From NCBI RefSeq assembly GCF_000142905.1, contig NW_013657661.1, positions 186,001 to 250,000 of the forward strand: DNA of 64,000 nucleotides. Direction: 5' to 3'. The DNA comes from Thecamonas trahens ATCC 50062. Lineage: Eukaryota > Protista > Apusomonadida. How positions within the stretch are numbered: position 1 is the stretch's first letter; each line of letters starts with the position of its first letter. Positions 22,465-33,316 of the stretch are shown here, in pieces. A program made the translations under genes and the position numbers. The notes beneath the pieces were generated by a model, which saw only the letters and a program-made list of their open reading frames with translations, was not told the DNA's origin and made no database searches.

Positions 22465-22729
22465 GTTCACAGTCAGCAAAGCCTTTACACAGAATGTGAT
22501 GTTTGTGGATGAGTGGCAAGAGTGGGATCCGCGTGGGACAGACGATGGAAGGGAATGAGACTGACTGGGGTGGGCGCTGCAAACGTGGTTTGAGCGAGCT
22601 GGCAGGTCACCCACAACAGATCGACCAAACCGGCCAACCGACACCGAGCAACAGACCAACCGACGGGCAGAGAGCGAGCGAGGGACCGACAGGCTCGGCG
22701 AGCAGGGGCAGTGGGAAAACGAGACTGGA

Positions 22730-24564
22730 ATGGATACACTGGTCGCGGGAGCGGAAGTGGACGCGGGAGAAGTAGAGCAGCAGCTGGTGGGCATGGCAGA
22801 GAGAAAGTCAGTGAGCGAGGATGACGACGGGGTGCAGGCAGTGTTTGCGTCGGCGGCGACGATGGACGGCGTGCTGCGGGCGTCCGGGTTTGGCCGGCTG
22901 ATGACCAAGCTGGGCCTGGCCGAGACGGACGAGGAGGCACGGACAATGTTCGAGTGGCTTGACGTGGGGAGCAAGGGCTACGTGACCGAGCAGCAGTTTG
23001 TGAGCAAGATGGGTCCGCAGGTTGCCCACGCGCTCGCTTTTGGCAAGGTCGTTGTGGAGACCGAGACACACCTCGCGGGCGCCTCACCTCGGGCGCCGAG
23101 AGCGCGGCGCACCAGGCCCGGATCCAGCTTGCACTCAAGACCCAGTTGCAGTCGGTCAAAGACAAGCTGGTTCACCTCGACGTGTTTGATGCCGACGCCT
23201 GCCGCGACGAGGCCATCGCCCACACCCACGCCGACGATCTGGAGGCAAGCAACAAGGCGCTTGCCGCGCAGCTTGCCGAATACACCGCCATGCTTGAGGC
23301 CGCCATGGCCGAGTTAGACGACGACGACGCTGGCAATGACTCACTGGTTGGCGGCATGATTTCAGATGCAGGGACTAGAGGCGGAACCGGATCGACCCAC
23401 AGCAAGAGGTCGGTCCGCGACGCACTTGCCGCACGCCCCAGCACCCTGCGCAACGGCGATGACGACGACGAGCTGGACTTTGACATCGACCTCTCGGATC
23501 CTACCTCGGACGAGCTACTTGGAGAGCTCTCGGATGACATCGAGCTCTCGGACGAGGTCGAGACCGAGCGACAGGGCCTCGGCACGTGGGCCCGGCAGGG
23601 CTTTGACGACGACAGGGACTACTTTGTGCTTTATCAAAAAGCCCGCGGGCGGATCCAGGCGCTCGAAGACGAACTCCTTCGGCTTGAGCTCGAGAACGCT
23701 GACCTTCAGCTCGAAGTGGAGCAGGCGCGGATGGCCAAGACGGAGGCTGAGGCTTCCGCAGCAGCCGCTGCGTCAGCGCTGTCGCCGACGGCTCTCGAGT
23801 TTGCAGCCGAGGCTGCTGCCACAGACCAGGACCTGGTGGCGGCTGAAGAGAAACTGCGCGAGAGTCTGGCAATAGAGCAAGATGTCGGGACCGAGCTGGC
23901 AGATGCAGAGGCGTCAGCTGACAGGGTGCTGGCAGACCTGGCTAGCCAAGGTCTGACGCCGGACTCGAACAGCCTCATAGTGGCAGCGCTCAAGGCGCAG
24001 CTCGCCGAGGTTCAGACCATGAACGCGTCAGACAAGGCGGAACTGGCCTCGCTCTCCGAGGCCATTGCCGAGTCAAATGGCTTGGTCAAGCAGCAGGCCG
24101 AGGACATGGCGCGGCTTGAGGCGCTCCTTGCCGAGCTCGACGGGCGCAACCGCGAGCTCGATGCCCGCAACCAGGTGCTCGAGCAGCGAGCCCAGAGCCT
24201 GCAGCACCTTGAAGCTGCACCCGACTCTGCGTCGGCCGCTGGCGTGCTCGCCGAGCAGCTGCAGATGCGGACGGCAGAGGCCGAGGCACGGGCGCGGGCG
24301 GCTGAGGGCTCAATCGCTGCCCTCGAGCGCGAGAACGTCCGGCTCATGACTGTGCTCGAGGGCTGGAACGAAGAGTCGCAGGTGTGGAAGTCGACGCTTG
24401 CCACACTAACCCGAGAAAATGAGACGCTGCGCGGAGCCTCGGTTCCACGCGCAGAGCACGACGCGGTCGTCACCATGGCCAACGAGCTCGTCGGCGAAGT
24501 CTCCAAGCTCTCGGAGCAGCTGCGGCTCCGCGACGAGCGGCGCGTGAGCCACGACAAGCCGTAG
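22730..24564 (+). CDS. EF-hand plus long coiled-coil protein; frameshift at ~23077
   Basis: EF-hand-like FEWLDVGSKGYVTEQQF. Adding one G joins it to the coiled-coil ORF 23146..24564. Confidence 0.7.
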
Positions 24565-24573
24565 CGGGCAAGA

Positions 24574-26013
24574 CTACGAACGAGCTGAGCCGTCGTCGAC
24601 GACCACGATGCGGGCTTCGTACAGAGCCTGCGCAAAGTCCAGGGCTTCGTCATGGTCGAGCTCGGGAAGATCGTTAAGGAGGACAAAGTCCGGGTAGGCG
24701 TTGTCGAGCACCTCCAGAGCTGGCGCCATCAGCAGCGGCAGCGTCATCCGCGACGGCGGATCAACGTTGAGCTCGGAGGGGTTGTTCGAGTTGTAGTAGA
24801 TCACAAACGAGTCCTCGTCCTCAGCCTCGGTCAGGACCATGCGGCAGACGTACTTGGTGAGGAGCCGGATGGCGGTTGCCGGCGACGACGGAATCGTCCG
24901 CGGCTCGAGACCCAGCGCCGGGTGCGGTGCGAGCATCGGGAACTTGCGTGAGCGCGAGGCAGCGTGAATGGCAGTGAGGAGCTGGGAGCCTTCAGTAAGC
25001 GGTGGGTGCGAGAGGTGCACAAACCGAGCAGCGCGCTGATCGACAGCCACATCGAGCGGCAAGGCGGCAACGATGGTGTTGAGAAACGAGGCTGCCGACG
25101 AGCGGATGGCGTCGCGGACTGGATTGTGGCCATCCTCGTCCGAGTGCATGGCGCCAAACGCGTCAAAAAGGTCAAGCGGGAGAGGTGCGCGGAGCTCTGG
25201 GCTCTCCTGTGCGAGGCCATCGACGGCAAGCGTGAGCGCGTCCTTGAGCAGGTCGGCCCAGGTGTTGAGCTGGTTCGCAGAGAGGGTGATGTGGCACGAA
25301 TCCTCGTCGGGCGCCGCCAGCGCCTGGTGGATCATTCCGCGTGGGAGGTAAAGTAGGTCGCCGCGGCGCAGCGTGTGGGTGGCAAACGGCGGAGCAAGAT
25401 CGCCGCGAGCAAAGTCAGGCGAGGAGAACCGGGCGAGGTCCATCGACGCTGGGTCCGGTGCGTGGTGGAGGCGCCAGATCTTGGCGCCAGAGAGCTGGAG
25501 GACAAATACATCGACATCGTCGTAGTGTGGCGCAAAGCCCTGTGTTCCCGCCGGCGTCAGATAGATGTTGGCGCCCATGGTGGCTCGGAAGGCCTCCTGC
25601 AGTCGGGCAAGGAGTGTGAGCATCGGCGGGTCGTACTTTTCCGGATGCACAATGCGGACCGAGCACCCGTCGTTGTGATACGCGGCGAGGACGTCGCTGA
25701 GCTTGGCGATCTCGCCGGGCTCGCCGTTGTGATCCGAGCGCCGCCCGCGGCTGTCGACCTTGGTCACGTCCAAGTTGTACCCGTACGGCACCTCGTGCTC
25801 GGAGAGGAGAGCCTCCAGGGCCTGGACATCAAACGCTACCACCTGATCGTAGAAGCTACTATCGTTACGGGCCACATACAGTGGCTTTTGCGCATAGTAA
25901 GTCTCCAGAAACTCGCCGGCGGGCATGCCCACCAGCCACCCAAGGACAGCCAGAGCATCGTCGCGCGCATCCATCGCCAGCGACAGTGAAGGTGGACCGG
26001 ATGAGGAAGACAT
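24574..26013 (-). CDS. RIOX1: Ribosomal oxygenase 1 / NO66 (JmjC, cupin-4)
   Basis: GANIYLTP..QGFAPHYDDVDVFVLQLSGAKIWRL, GDLLYLPRGMIHQA, SCHITLS. Confidence 0.9.
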   Translation of the reverse strand: MSSSSGPPSLSLAMDARDDALAVLGWLVGMPAGEFLETYYAQKPLYVARNDSSFYDQVVAFDVQALEALLSEHEVPYGYNLDVTKVDSRGRRSDHNGEPGEIAKLSDVLAAYHNDGCSVRIVHPEKYDPPMLTLLARLQEAFRATMGANIYLTPAGTQGFAPHYDDVDVFVLQLSGAKIWRLHHAPDPASMDLARFSSPDFARGDLAPPFATHTLRRGDLLYLPRGMIHQALAAPDEDSCHITLSANQLNTWADLLKDALTLAVDGLAQESPELRAPLPLDLFDAFGAMHSDEDGHNPVRDAIRSSAASFLNTIVAALPLDVAVDQRAARFVHLSHPPLTEGSQLLTAIHAASRSRKFPMLAPHPALGLEPRTIPSSPATAIRLLTKYVCRMVLTEAEDEDSFVIYYNSNNPSELNVDPPSRMTLPLLMAPALEVLDNAYPDFVLLNDLPELDHDEALDFAQALYEARIVVVDDGSARS

Positions 26014-27228
26014 TGTTAAGAGAAGGGATAAATGGATGGGAGGAAAGGGGATAGGGTGAGAGGCGTGGTGGTGTTTGGTGTGGTAAAGTGCTGAGAGAGA
26101 GTTTGGGTGAGGAGGGTTGGGGTCGGCGGTAGCGTATGGGTGCAGTGGCGAAGATGGCTAGTTTGCGTGATCGCCGGTTTCGTCAGAGGTCTGACCTGCG
26201 GGAACAAGGCTCACACGATCTACACTGAACAATCTCTTTTGAAACCATTCTGCGGTTGCAATCATGCTTTCTTCTCAGATCACAAGACTATAGATGGCTC
26301 GTAGACTTGCTCTGTTGGTGTCCGCGACAGTGGGAAATGTCTAGAACAGCTGGAAACTCCAGGAGTTGGAAACACCACAAGTTGATTGCACCTACCAGCA
26401 GCAGAGTCAAGCTCATTACTTTCATGACACCCATCAGGAGGCGACCATGACACCAACAAAGTTGTATCGTGCTATGTCCATGATCGCGATCGCCTCTATG
26501 CCTATGTACTCTTGTGTGCAAGTCTGCTCAAGATCTGATCGTAGGTTCTTCGATCGGGCGACCTGATCATGGATGCACTCACCCTCACCCTGTTCCCCAG
26601 CCCAGCCAACAAGTTGTACTCGGCCCAGTGAAGGGTACCCGGCCCGGTGGAGGGTACCAGGTGTGACTCTCAGGAAGCAAAGGCTAGCCAAAAGGCGCAG
26701 TCACAGGCTGCGTTGTTCATGCCAAGAGGTGCCCACGGCATCTCGTCCCCTTCCTCCACCCCCCACCGCCACCCCCTCCCTCCCTAGGATGTTTGTGGGG
26801 CGAGAGCATGCGCGTACTTGTATGGATGATGTGGGCATGCGAGGAGGAGGAGCCCCGAGAGGGTCAGGGTCTCGTACGGGTCATGGCGTAGAGCTCGTGG
26901 CCCGGGCCTCGTGACATGTTCGGATTGTTTGCAACGATGGCTCCGAATGCGGCGGATAGGCGCGGGACGGACGGAGCAACGGGGAGCTTCGGCGGGGGAC
27001 GGGGATATTCAACTTGTACCTGCACAAGAGTGACCAAGGCACACAGAACGAGGTTGGTGTGCGTGAAGCCAAGCAAGGAACAACAACGACAAAGGTAGAA
27101 CGTGTGGAGCTGCTGGAGCGTGATCCTTTGCCGAGTCCCTTCCCGCTCTTCCGTCCCACACTTGGGGAGCTGTCCGTGCGGTCACTGCAACTTGCACGAC
27201 ATTTTGTGAAGGGTGCAACGAGACGGGG

Positions 27229-30200
27229 ATGATGGTGAACGACGCGGCCGCTTTTGGCGACAGGTGCATGGGCAGACGGCTGAAAGGTAGACGAGGTGAC
27301 CATAGTGGATGGCTGGCGGTGGTGATGACGGTTGTGGCGACACTGGCGGTGGTGGTGGCTGTGGCGAATGGGCAGTGCCTCACGCCTTTGGCCGAGTCTG
27401 CGGTCCTTGTCGACAAAACGACTGCCATCAATGACGTGATGGACCGGGTGACCGGCGTGGGCGTGGGCGACTTTAACAATGACGGGTTTATGGACATTGC
27501 CGGGTGCGGCGAGAAAGCGGTGTTTGTGATCATGGGCAAGAACACGACCGAGGCTGCAGGTGTGCCGCAGTTTGAGACACGGACCATCGTCGAAGCTTCG
27601 GATCGATGGCGGACGATTGCGGTGGGTGACATGGACAATGACAACACGACCGACCTCATGGCATCGAACAATGGTGATGGAGTGTTTGTCTGGTTTAGCG
27701 ACGGCAATGTTGATGTGTCATGGACTAAGGTGATGGCGATAGGCGATACGCCGGTGGACTCGGGCAAGTTCTTCTACTTTGACATTGCTGATGCCGACGG
27801 CGACGGCGATCTTGACGTGGTGGCCGGGATGGGTGACCAGCAGAACGTGCGTGTTGCCATCAATCTTGGATCGCGGGTATTTGCTCCCGCGACCGACGTG
27901 GGCGCACTCCCTGCCGTGCCACAGCCCGGCACCGGCGTGGTGCGGTTTGTCGACGTGGACGACGACGCGCTGATCGACTTGCTGGTTGTGGGCGGTGAGG
28001 TGTTCAACTCGGCGTTGTTCTTGCTCAAGGCAAGTGCGCCGCTAACCTGGGGAGCACCACAGGAGCTGGTGCGGGCGACAACCGGCGAGTCAGTTGGCAA
28101 CCCTCTCATGTTCGACGTGGGGGATTTTAACAGTGATGGCAGTGTCGACATTGCAGTGATCTTTGCCAAGCTGACTGGAGAGCTCACCATGTTTCTCAAC
28201 GACGGGACGGGGGTCTTTTCGCAGCAGCCTACGGTGGTGGCTGGCAAGCGACCAAAGGCAATCAAAGCGGTGGACATTGACGGCGATGGACTGCTGGACC
28301 TGGCAGTGGGCTCTGGCTCTGGCGGCACCAACTTGTTTGGCATGTACAACTTGATGACTGCCGGCGAGCCGAGCACGTTTTCCATTGGCGCCACGGTGGT
28401 GCTCATGAACGACATTGATCTGGTGACGCAGATCGGGGTGGTGGACATGAACTTTGACGGCGCTGTTGACTTTGTGGCCAACTCTGAGGACCAGGACGAG
28501 ATCTGGCTCAAGGTCAACACGCGACTTGCCAATCAGCTGCCGGTCAAGGTTGTCGAGTCGTCGGCGCCATCGACGCGTGTCAAGCTCTTGGACGGAGACA
28601 CCGATGGCGATCTCGACATGATGGTGGCGCTGGACGGGCTGGGGGCAGCCAACGGGAACGACCTTGGCGTCGGCATGTACGAGAACTCTAATGGCGATGG
28701 AGCTTTTGTAGCACCCAAGACCGTTTTTGTCATCTCCAACTCAACGTCTGGCTCGGTCTCGGACTACTGTGCCACTGATTTTAACGGTGACGGCGTGGTT
28801 GACTGGCTTATCCTCCACGGTACGCAGGGCAAGACCGGGCCTGGGGCCTATCTCAAGCTTGTGCTCTCATCGCAGGGCGAGACTGTGAGCGCGGCCGCAA
28901 ACCAAGTTCCTCCAGGCTACGGTGAGCAGGTTGACCTGACGAGGCTGCTCCATCCTGTGCGCGGGTACCTGAGCTCAGGCGGGGTCGAGTGCGTGGATCT
29001 GGACGCCGATGGCGACGTTGACTTTCTGGTCACGGCGCGCCACGAGCAAAAGGTGTTCTGGATCGAGAACACCGACGGAAGCGTTGAAGGCCTGCAAGCA
29101 TTCTCGTCCGACGTTGTGGCCGGGCCAAGCGTTTCGAATGCCGGTGGTATCGACGTTGTTCGTGTCGGTGACATGAACGGCGACGGGCATGTTGATTTGG
29201 TGTACGGAGCGACAGAAGTCGACACGTTGGTGATGATGACTGGGACCGGGCTAGCTGGCGCGGGTATGTTCAACTCTTACACGGTCCTGTACAACGGGAC
29301 CGTGTTCATGGTTGAGGGGCTGTACACTGGCGGCAAGGTGATCTCGCAGGGCATTGCCGATGTTCTGCCTGTAGACATTGACAGCGACGGCGACCTCGAC
29401 CTTGTTGTGGGTGACTCATGCTGCCGCAACAATGATGCGCTCGGTCTCGAACTGAGCTTTGAGCCTGCGTGGCTCTACATGGAGAACTTGGATGGTGGGA
29501 CCACGTTTGGGCTGGTCAAGCGGCCTGGCGTGCTGTTCACCAAGACGGTGGCGACACTCGACGCCAATCTCGACGGCAACGCCGACGTTGTGCTCCTCAC
29601 CGAGTTTCTTAGTAAGGAGGTCGTGCTCGAGCTCGGCGACGGTAGTGGCGGCTTTACTCGGACGGTCCTAGTCTCGGGCAACGAGCTGTCAGGAACGATG
29701 GCCATCGGCGACATTGACGGAAACGGGCTGCTCGACTTTGCCTTTGCCGGGCGGGTCGGCTCGGGCGTGGTCTCTGTCTTTAAGCGAAGCACAGTGATGA
29801 TTCGGTTCCCGCCGCCGGCCGACATGGTGACAGTGGATGTGGGCGGGTGCGGATACCGGATGGCGTGCGTGGCTGTTGCGATTGGCGAATCGCCGCGATG
29901 CACCTCGCGGCGCGTTGTTCTGCCACCGGGGGTGTACACCGGGTGCTTTGCGGTTGCGCCGATCACCATTGCCAAGAAGATCGAAATTGTGGTGGGCGGG
30001 CCGGCCGGGACGAGGGCCACCATCGACTGCCGGGCTTCTGGCGGCGTACTGTTCCACGTGGTGGAGGGCGGCAAGCTGAGCCTGTCGAACCTGGACGTAG
30101 TGGGGACGAGTCAGGCGCCCAAGTCTGCCTTTGGCTCGACCGCTCTCCGAGTCTCTGACGGTGGTGAGCTTGAGCTGCGGGCGATGAGCTTTGCAGACTC

Positions 30201-33200
30201 GTTTCCACGGCCGGACGCCAGCTATCCTCTGTTCGGCCTCTTCCTTGGCGGCTACGGTGGAGCGGTGGCTGTGGAGACCGGCGGGACGCTTACTGCGATG
30301 CACTCAAACTTTACCCGTGTCCGTGCGCTTCAGTCTGGCGGAGCGATTGCGGCGCTGGGCGAGCAGCCGCGTGTCACGCTCAGCGACTGTCTGTTTGTTG
30401 GATGCTCGGCGGCCAACGGCGGCGGCGGTGCCGTGTATGTAGAAGCCACCAAGTCGGCAATAGTGACGCTTGAGCGGTGCAAGATGCGTGACAACGTTGC
30501 GCGGGCTGGCGGAGCGCTCTTTGCTGCGCTCGACGCGTCTTCTGTGACAGTGTCGGCGTCGACGATTGAGGGTAACTCTGCGACGTGGGGCGGGGCGGTG
30601 GCGACTTCACATGCCTCCCAGGCCGAGAGGTTCCTCTCGAGTCTTGCGCTCGGCACGCTCCCTCTGGTCTCGTCGGCGGCATCGGGTTCTGGGGTGACGT
30701 TGACCTCGACGGTGGTGAGCGGTAACTCGGCGACGTATGGCGGGACGTTTGCGCTTTGTGAAGAGTCTGTTTTTGTCGACGGAGGAAGCACGGTGGCTGA
30801 TTCGAGGGCGTCGCGATGTGGTGGGGTTGCGTTTGAGTGCGGGGCGAGCGGTGTGGCGCGATCGCCACAGCTGGCGTCGCTGGCTTGGCTGACCGGGGCG
30901 GGTGTGAGCAGCATCGCAGCCGACGCCGGAAGTGCGGGCCTCTTTGGGCCGCAAGTCTGCTCCGGGCCGGTGGCCATTGGCTTTGCGCAGGCGCTGCGCG
31001 AGAGCCTGCCGGCCGGCAACCGACTGGGCAGCGCTCCAGTGTTTGCGCTCGATGCATTTGGGCAGGACGTGGTAGATCCGGCGACCAACGTGGAGATTGG
31101 GATTGTGGGAAGCGAAGCAAGCTCGTTTGAGCTCAAAGATGCGGACCGAAGTGCTGTGCTTGGGCCGGGCGGAGTCGACTTTGGCCTGCTCACTCTTGTG
31201 CCGACGTTTCCAGTCGAGAGTCTTGCGGACCTCGGGCGCAACGTAACTCTCCGTGTTGGTGGCGAGAGCGTCATCTCTGCCTTTGGTGCAATGGCGAGCG
31301 TGGTTGTGAGCGGGTGCCCGGCCGGGCAGGGAGGTGGGAGCCGAGCTGTAGATGGGCTCTTTGCTTGCTCGCTTTGCTCGGCCTTCCAGTCGTCCACAGT
31401 CGAGTCTGTGGCGCCTTGCTCGGGATGTCCGCCGGGCCAGTTCCGCGACGAAGGCTCTGCGGGATGCATCAGCTGCCCGCGGCTCTCTGCGCAAGTGCTA
31501 GACCGCGACGACAACTCGAGCTCGGCATCGACGCTGCTAGAGCTGTGCGAGTGCGTGGCGGGAGCATACTCGCCGAGCGGAAGGACGGGCGTGCCATGCG
31601 ACGAGTGCCCCCAGGGCGGGAGGTGTGCGGGCGGAGTTGCGCGGCCGGTGGCAGCGTTTGGCTTTTTCGACGTCTCGCCAGGATCTGTGGGGACCAAGTT
31701 TGCGCGGTGCCCGCGGGAGGAGGCGTGCGTAGGCGGGCTGGAAGTGTGTAATCCCAAGTACACCGGGTACATGTGCCGCGAGTGTGTGGCAGGCTATTAC
31801 TCGGACTCTGACAAGCGATGCCGCAAGTGCCCGTCGCAGGCGTACGTTCCACTGGTCATGTTCTTCATGCTCCTTGTCGCGATTGCGTTTGGAGTTGTGG
31901 GCCTCACGGCGTATGCGCACGTCCAGTTTGACTCTGACGAGGACGTGCGCAAATCCCAGCGGCAGCGAAAGATTCCGCACTCGTTCACACTTGCGATTGT
32001 GTTTTTCCAGATTCTGGGCATGGTGGGTAACCAGCAGTTCAACTGGCCGTCGAGCGTGAGCCGGACGCTTGCGGCGACCAACGTAGTCAATTTGGACGTC
32101 AACATCTTTGCGTCCGAGTGCTCGCTGGTCTCGTTTGACGGCAAGTACCTGGTCTCAATCCTGTACCCGCTGATGTTCATGGGCGCTGTGTGTGTGGCGC
32201 TGGTGCTGTTCAAGCTGCTCCGGGCCTCGCTCCCGTGGTGCACGCAGACGTTCCCGGATCTGCCACTTGTGCAGCTGCTGGAGCGAATTGTGTTCCTCAT
32301 GGGCTCGCTGCTGTACATTCCGCTCTCGCGGTCGTCTCTGCTCCTGTTTGACTGCGTCAAGCTTCCGGACGGCAAGTTCTATCTCGATGCGGACCTGGGG
32401 CGGCGGTGCTACGACTCTGCGTGGTTCACGCTCATGCCGTGGGGCATGCTCGCCGTACTAGTGTACATTGTGGCGGTGCCGGTTTACTTTGGCTTTACGC
32501 TCTTCCGGCACCGGCACGAACTGTTCCAGCCTGCCGTGCTGGCGCGTTACGGGTCGATCTATCGGCTGTACCGGGTGCGATTCTACTACTTTGAGCTTGT
32601 GCAACTGTTCAAGCGGCTTGTGGTTGTCTTTTGCTCGCTCTTTGTTTCGAACCACCAGACGTGGCTTGTGGCGCTGCTCCTTGCGGTCTTCCTCACCTCT
32701 GCGTTTGCGCAGCTGCGGTACGAGCCGTACTACCATCCGATCTACAACACGCTCGAGATCCAGCTCAACGTCATCATCTCTGTGGTGGTCATGCTCGGCT
32801 TTGTCTTTTACGCAGACCTTTTCAAACGCGCGTGGTCGCGGCAGGCGTTTATCGGACTCACGCTGGCCGTCATTTTTGGCTCGCTCGTCCTTGTAATTGC
32901 GACAATGGTTGTGGAGATCCGGTCGATTCTCAAGCAGGTGACCGGACAGGCGCAGTTTATCCATGACGTCCGAGTCCAGCGGTTCTGGCGGGTGGTGGAG
33001 CACGAAGCGCCCGACTGGTCAGACCCGTCGCTTCGGCACCAGCTCATGGAGGTCAAGTCGCACTTTATCGCTGACGAGCAAGCGAGCAAGGCCGAGTTTG
33101 AGCGACGGCGCGACTCGACAGCGATTACCAAGCGCAACTCATTGGCTGTGCTTGGCGACGATGGCGACGGGGTGGACGACGGGATTCTGCTTGGCGATGT

Positions 33201-33234
33201 CGATGCTTCGTTCTTCCAGGTCGAGTCGCCATAA
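27229..33234 (+). CDS. 2001-aa FG-GAP repeat / beta-helix / Cys-rich / multi-TM membrane protein
   Basis: More than 12 DxDxDGxxD repeats, GGA(I/V) beta-helix motifs, CxxCP repeats, and about 8 hydrophobic helices at the C-terminus. Confidence 0.85.
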   Translation: MMVNDAAAFGDRCMGRRLKGRRGDHSGWLAVVMTVVATLAVVVAVANGQCLTPLAESAVLVDKTTAINDVMDRVTGVGVGDFNNDGFMDIAGCGEKAVFVIMGKNTTEAAGVPQFETRTIVEASDRWRTIAVGDMDNDNTTDLMASNNGDGVFVWFSDGNVDVSWTKVMAIGDTPVDSGKFFYFDIADADGDGDLDVVAGMGDQQNVRVAINLGSRVFAPATDVGALPAVPQPGTGVVRFVDVDDDALIDLLVVGGEVFNSALFLLKASAPLTWGAPQELVRATTGESVGNPLMFDVGDFNSDGSVDIAVIFAKLTGELTMFLNDGTGVFSQQPTVVAGKRPKAIKAVDIDGDGLLDLAVGSGSGGTNLFGMYNLMTAGEPSTFSIGATVVLMNDIDLVTQIGVVDMNFDGAVDFVANSEDQDEIWLKVNTRLANQLPVKVVESSAPSTRVKLLDGDTDGDLDMMVALDGLGAANGNDLGVGMYENSNGDGAFVAPKTVFVISNSTSGSVSDYCATDFNGDGVVDWLILHGTQGKTGPGAYLKLVLSSQGETVSAAANQVPPGYGEQVDLTRLLHPVRGYLSSGGVECVDLDADGDVDFLVTARHEQKVFWIENTDGSVEGLQAFSSDVVAGPSVSNAGGIDVVRVGDMNGDGHVDLVYGATEVDTLVMMTGTGLAGAGMFNSYTVLYNGTVFMVEGLYTGGKVISQGIADVLPVDIDSDGDLDLVVGDSCCRNNDALGLELSFEPAWLYMENLDGGTTFGLVKRPGVLFTKTVATLDANLDGNADVVLLTEFLSKEVVLELGDGSGGFTRTVLVSGNELSGTMAIGDIDGNGLLDFAFAGRVGSGVVSVFKRSTVMIRFPPPADMVTVDVGGCGYRMACVAVAIGESPRCTSRRVVLPPGVYTGCFAVAPITIAKKIEIVVGGPAGTRATIDCRASGGVLFHVVEGGKLSLSNLDVVGTSQAPKSAFGSTALRVSDGGELELRAMSFADSFPRPDASYPLFGLFLGGYGGAVAVETGGTLTAMHSNFTRVRALQSGGAIAALGEQPRVTLSDCLFVGCSAANGGGGAVYVEATKSAIVTLERCKMRDNVARAGGALFAALDASSVTVSASTIEGNSATWGGAVATSHASQAERFLSSLALGTLPLVSSAASGSGVTLTSTVVSGNSATYGGTFALCEESVFVDGGSTVADSRASRCGGVAFECGASGVARSPQLASLAWLTGAGVSSIAADAGSAGLFGPQVCSGPVAIGFAQALRESLPAGNRLGSAPVFALDAFGQDVVDPATNVEIGIVGSEASSFELKDADRSAVLGPGGVDFGLLTLVPTFPVESLADLGRNVTLRVGGESVISAFGAMASVVVSGCPAGQGGGSRAVDGLFACSLCSAFQSSTVESVAPCSGCPPGQFRDEGSAGCISCPRLSAQVLDRDDNSSSASTLLELCECVAGAYSPSGRTGVPCDECPQGGRCAGGVARPVAAFGFFDVSPGSVGTKFARCPREEACVGGLEVCNPKYTGYMCRECVAGYYSDSDKRCRKCPSQAYVPLVMFFMLLVAIAFGVVGLTAYAHVQFDSDEDVRKSQRQRKIPHSFTLAIVFFQILGMVGNQQFNWPSSVSRTLAATNVVNLDVNIFASECSLVSFDGKYLVSILYPLMFMGAVCVALVLFKLLRASLPWCTQTFPDLPLVQLLERIVFLMGSLLYIPLSRSSLLLFDCVKLPDGKFYLDADLGRRCYDSAWFTLMPWGMLAVLVYIVAVPVYFGFTLFRHRHELFQPAVLARYGSIYRLYRVRFYYFELVQLFKRLVVVFCSLFVSNHQTWLVALLLAVFLTSAFAQLRYEPYYHPIYNTLEIQLNVIISVVVMLGFVFYADLFKRAWSRQAFIGLTLAVIFGSLVLVIATMVVEIRSILKQVTGQAQFIHDVRVQRFWRVVEHEAPDWSDPSLRHQLMEVKSHFIADEQASKAEFERRRDSTAITKRNSLAVLGDDGDGVDDGILLGDVDASFFQVESP

Positions 33235-33316
33235 ACAGCGTGTCAGGTATGAGGTGTGAGTGGTGGCGGGCTATGGCGTCGCTGTGGGGCATTTGACTCG
33301 TTTGAAGAATCAATCG

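Noticed and set aside
30330-31772. Long antisense/alternative-frame ORFs (also 3838..5043, 12656..13834, 53691..55160, 58921..60402 and others)
   Set aside because: Shadow ORFs expected in high-GC coding DNA; they overlap well-supported genes and lack motifs.
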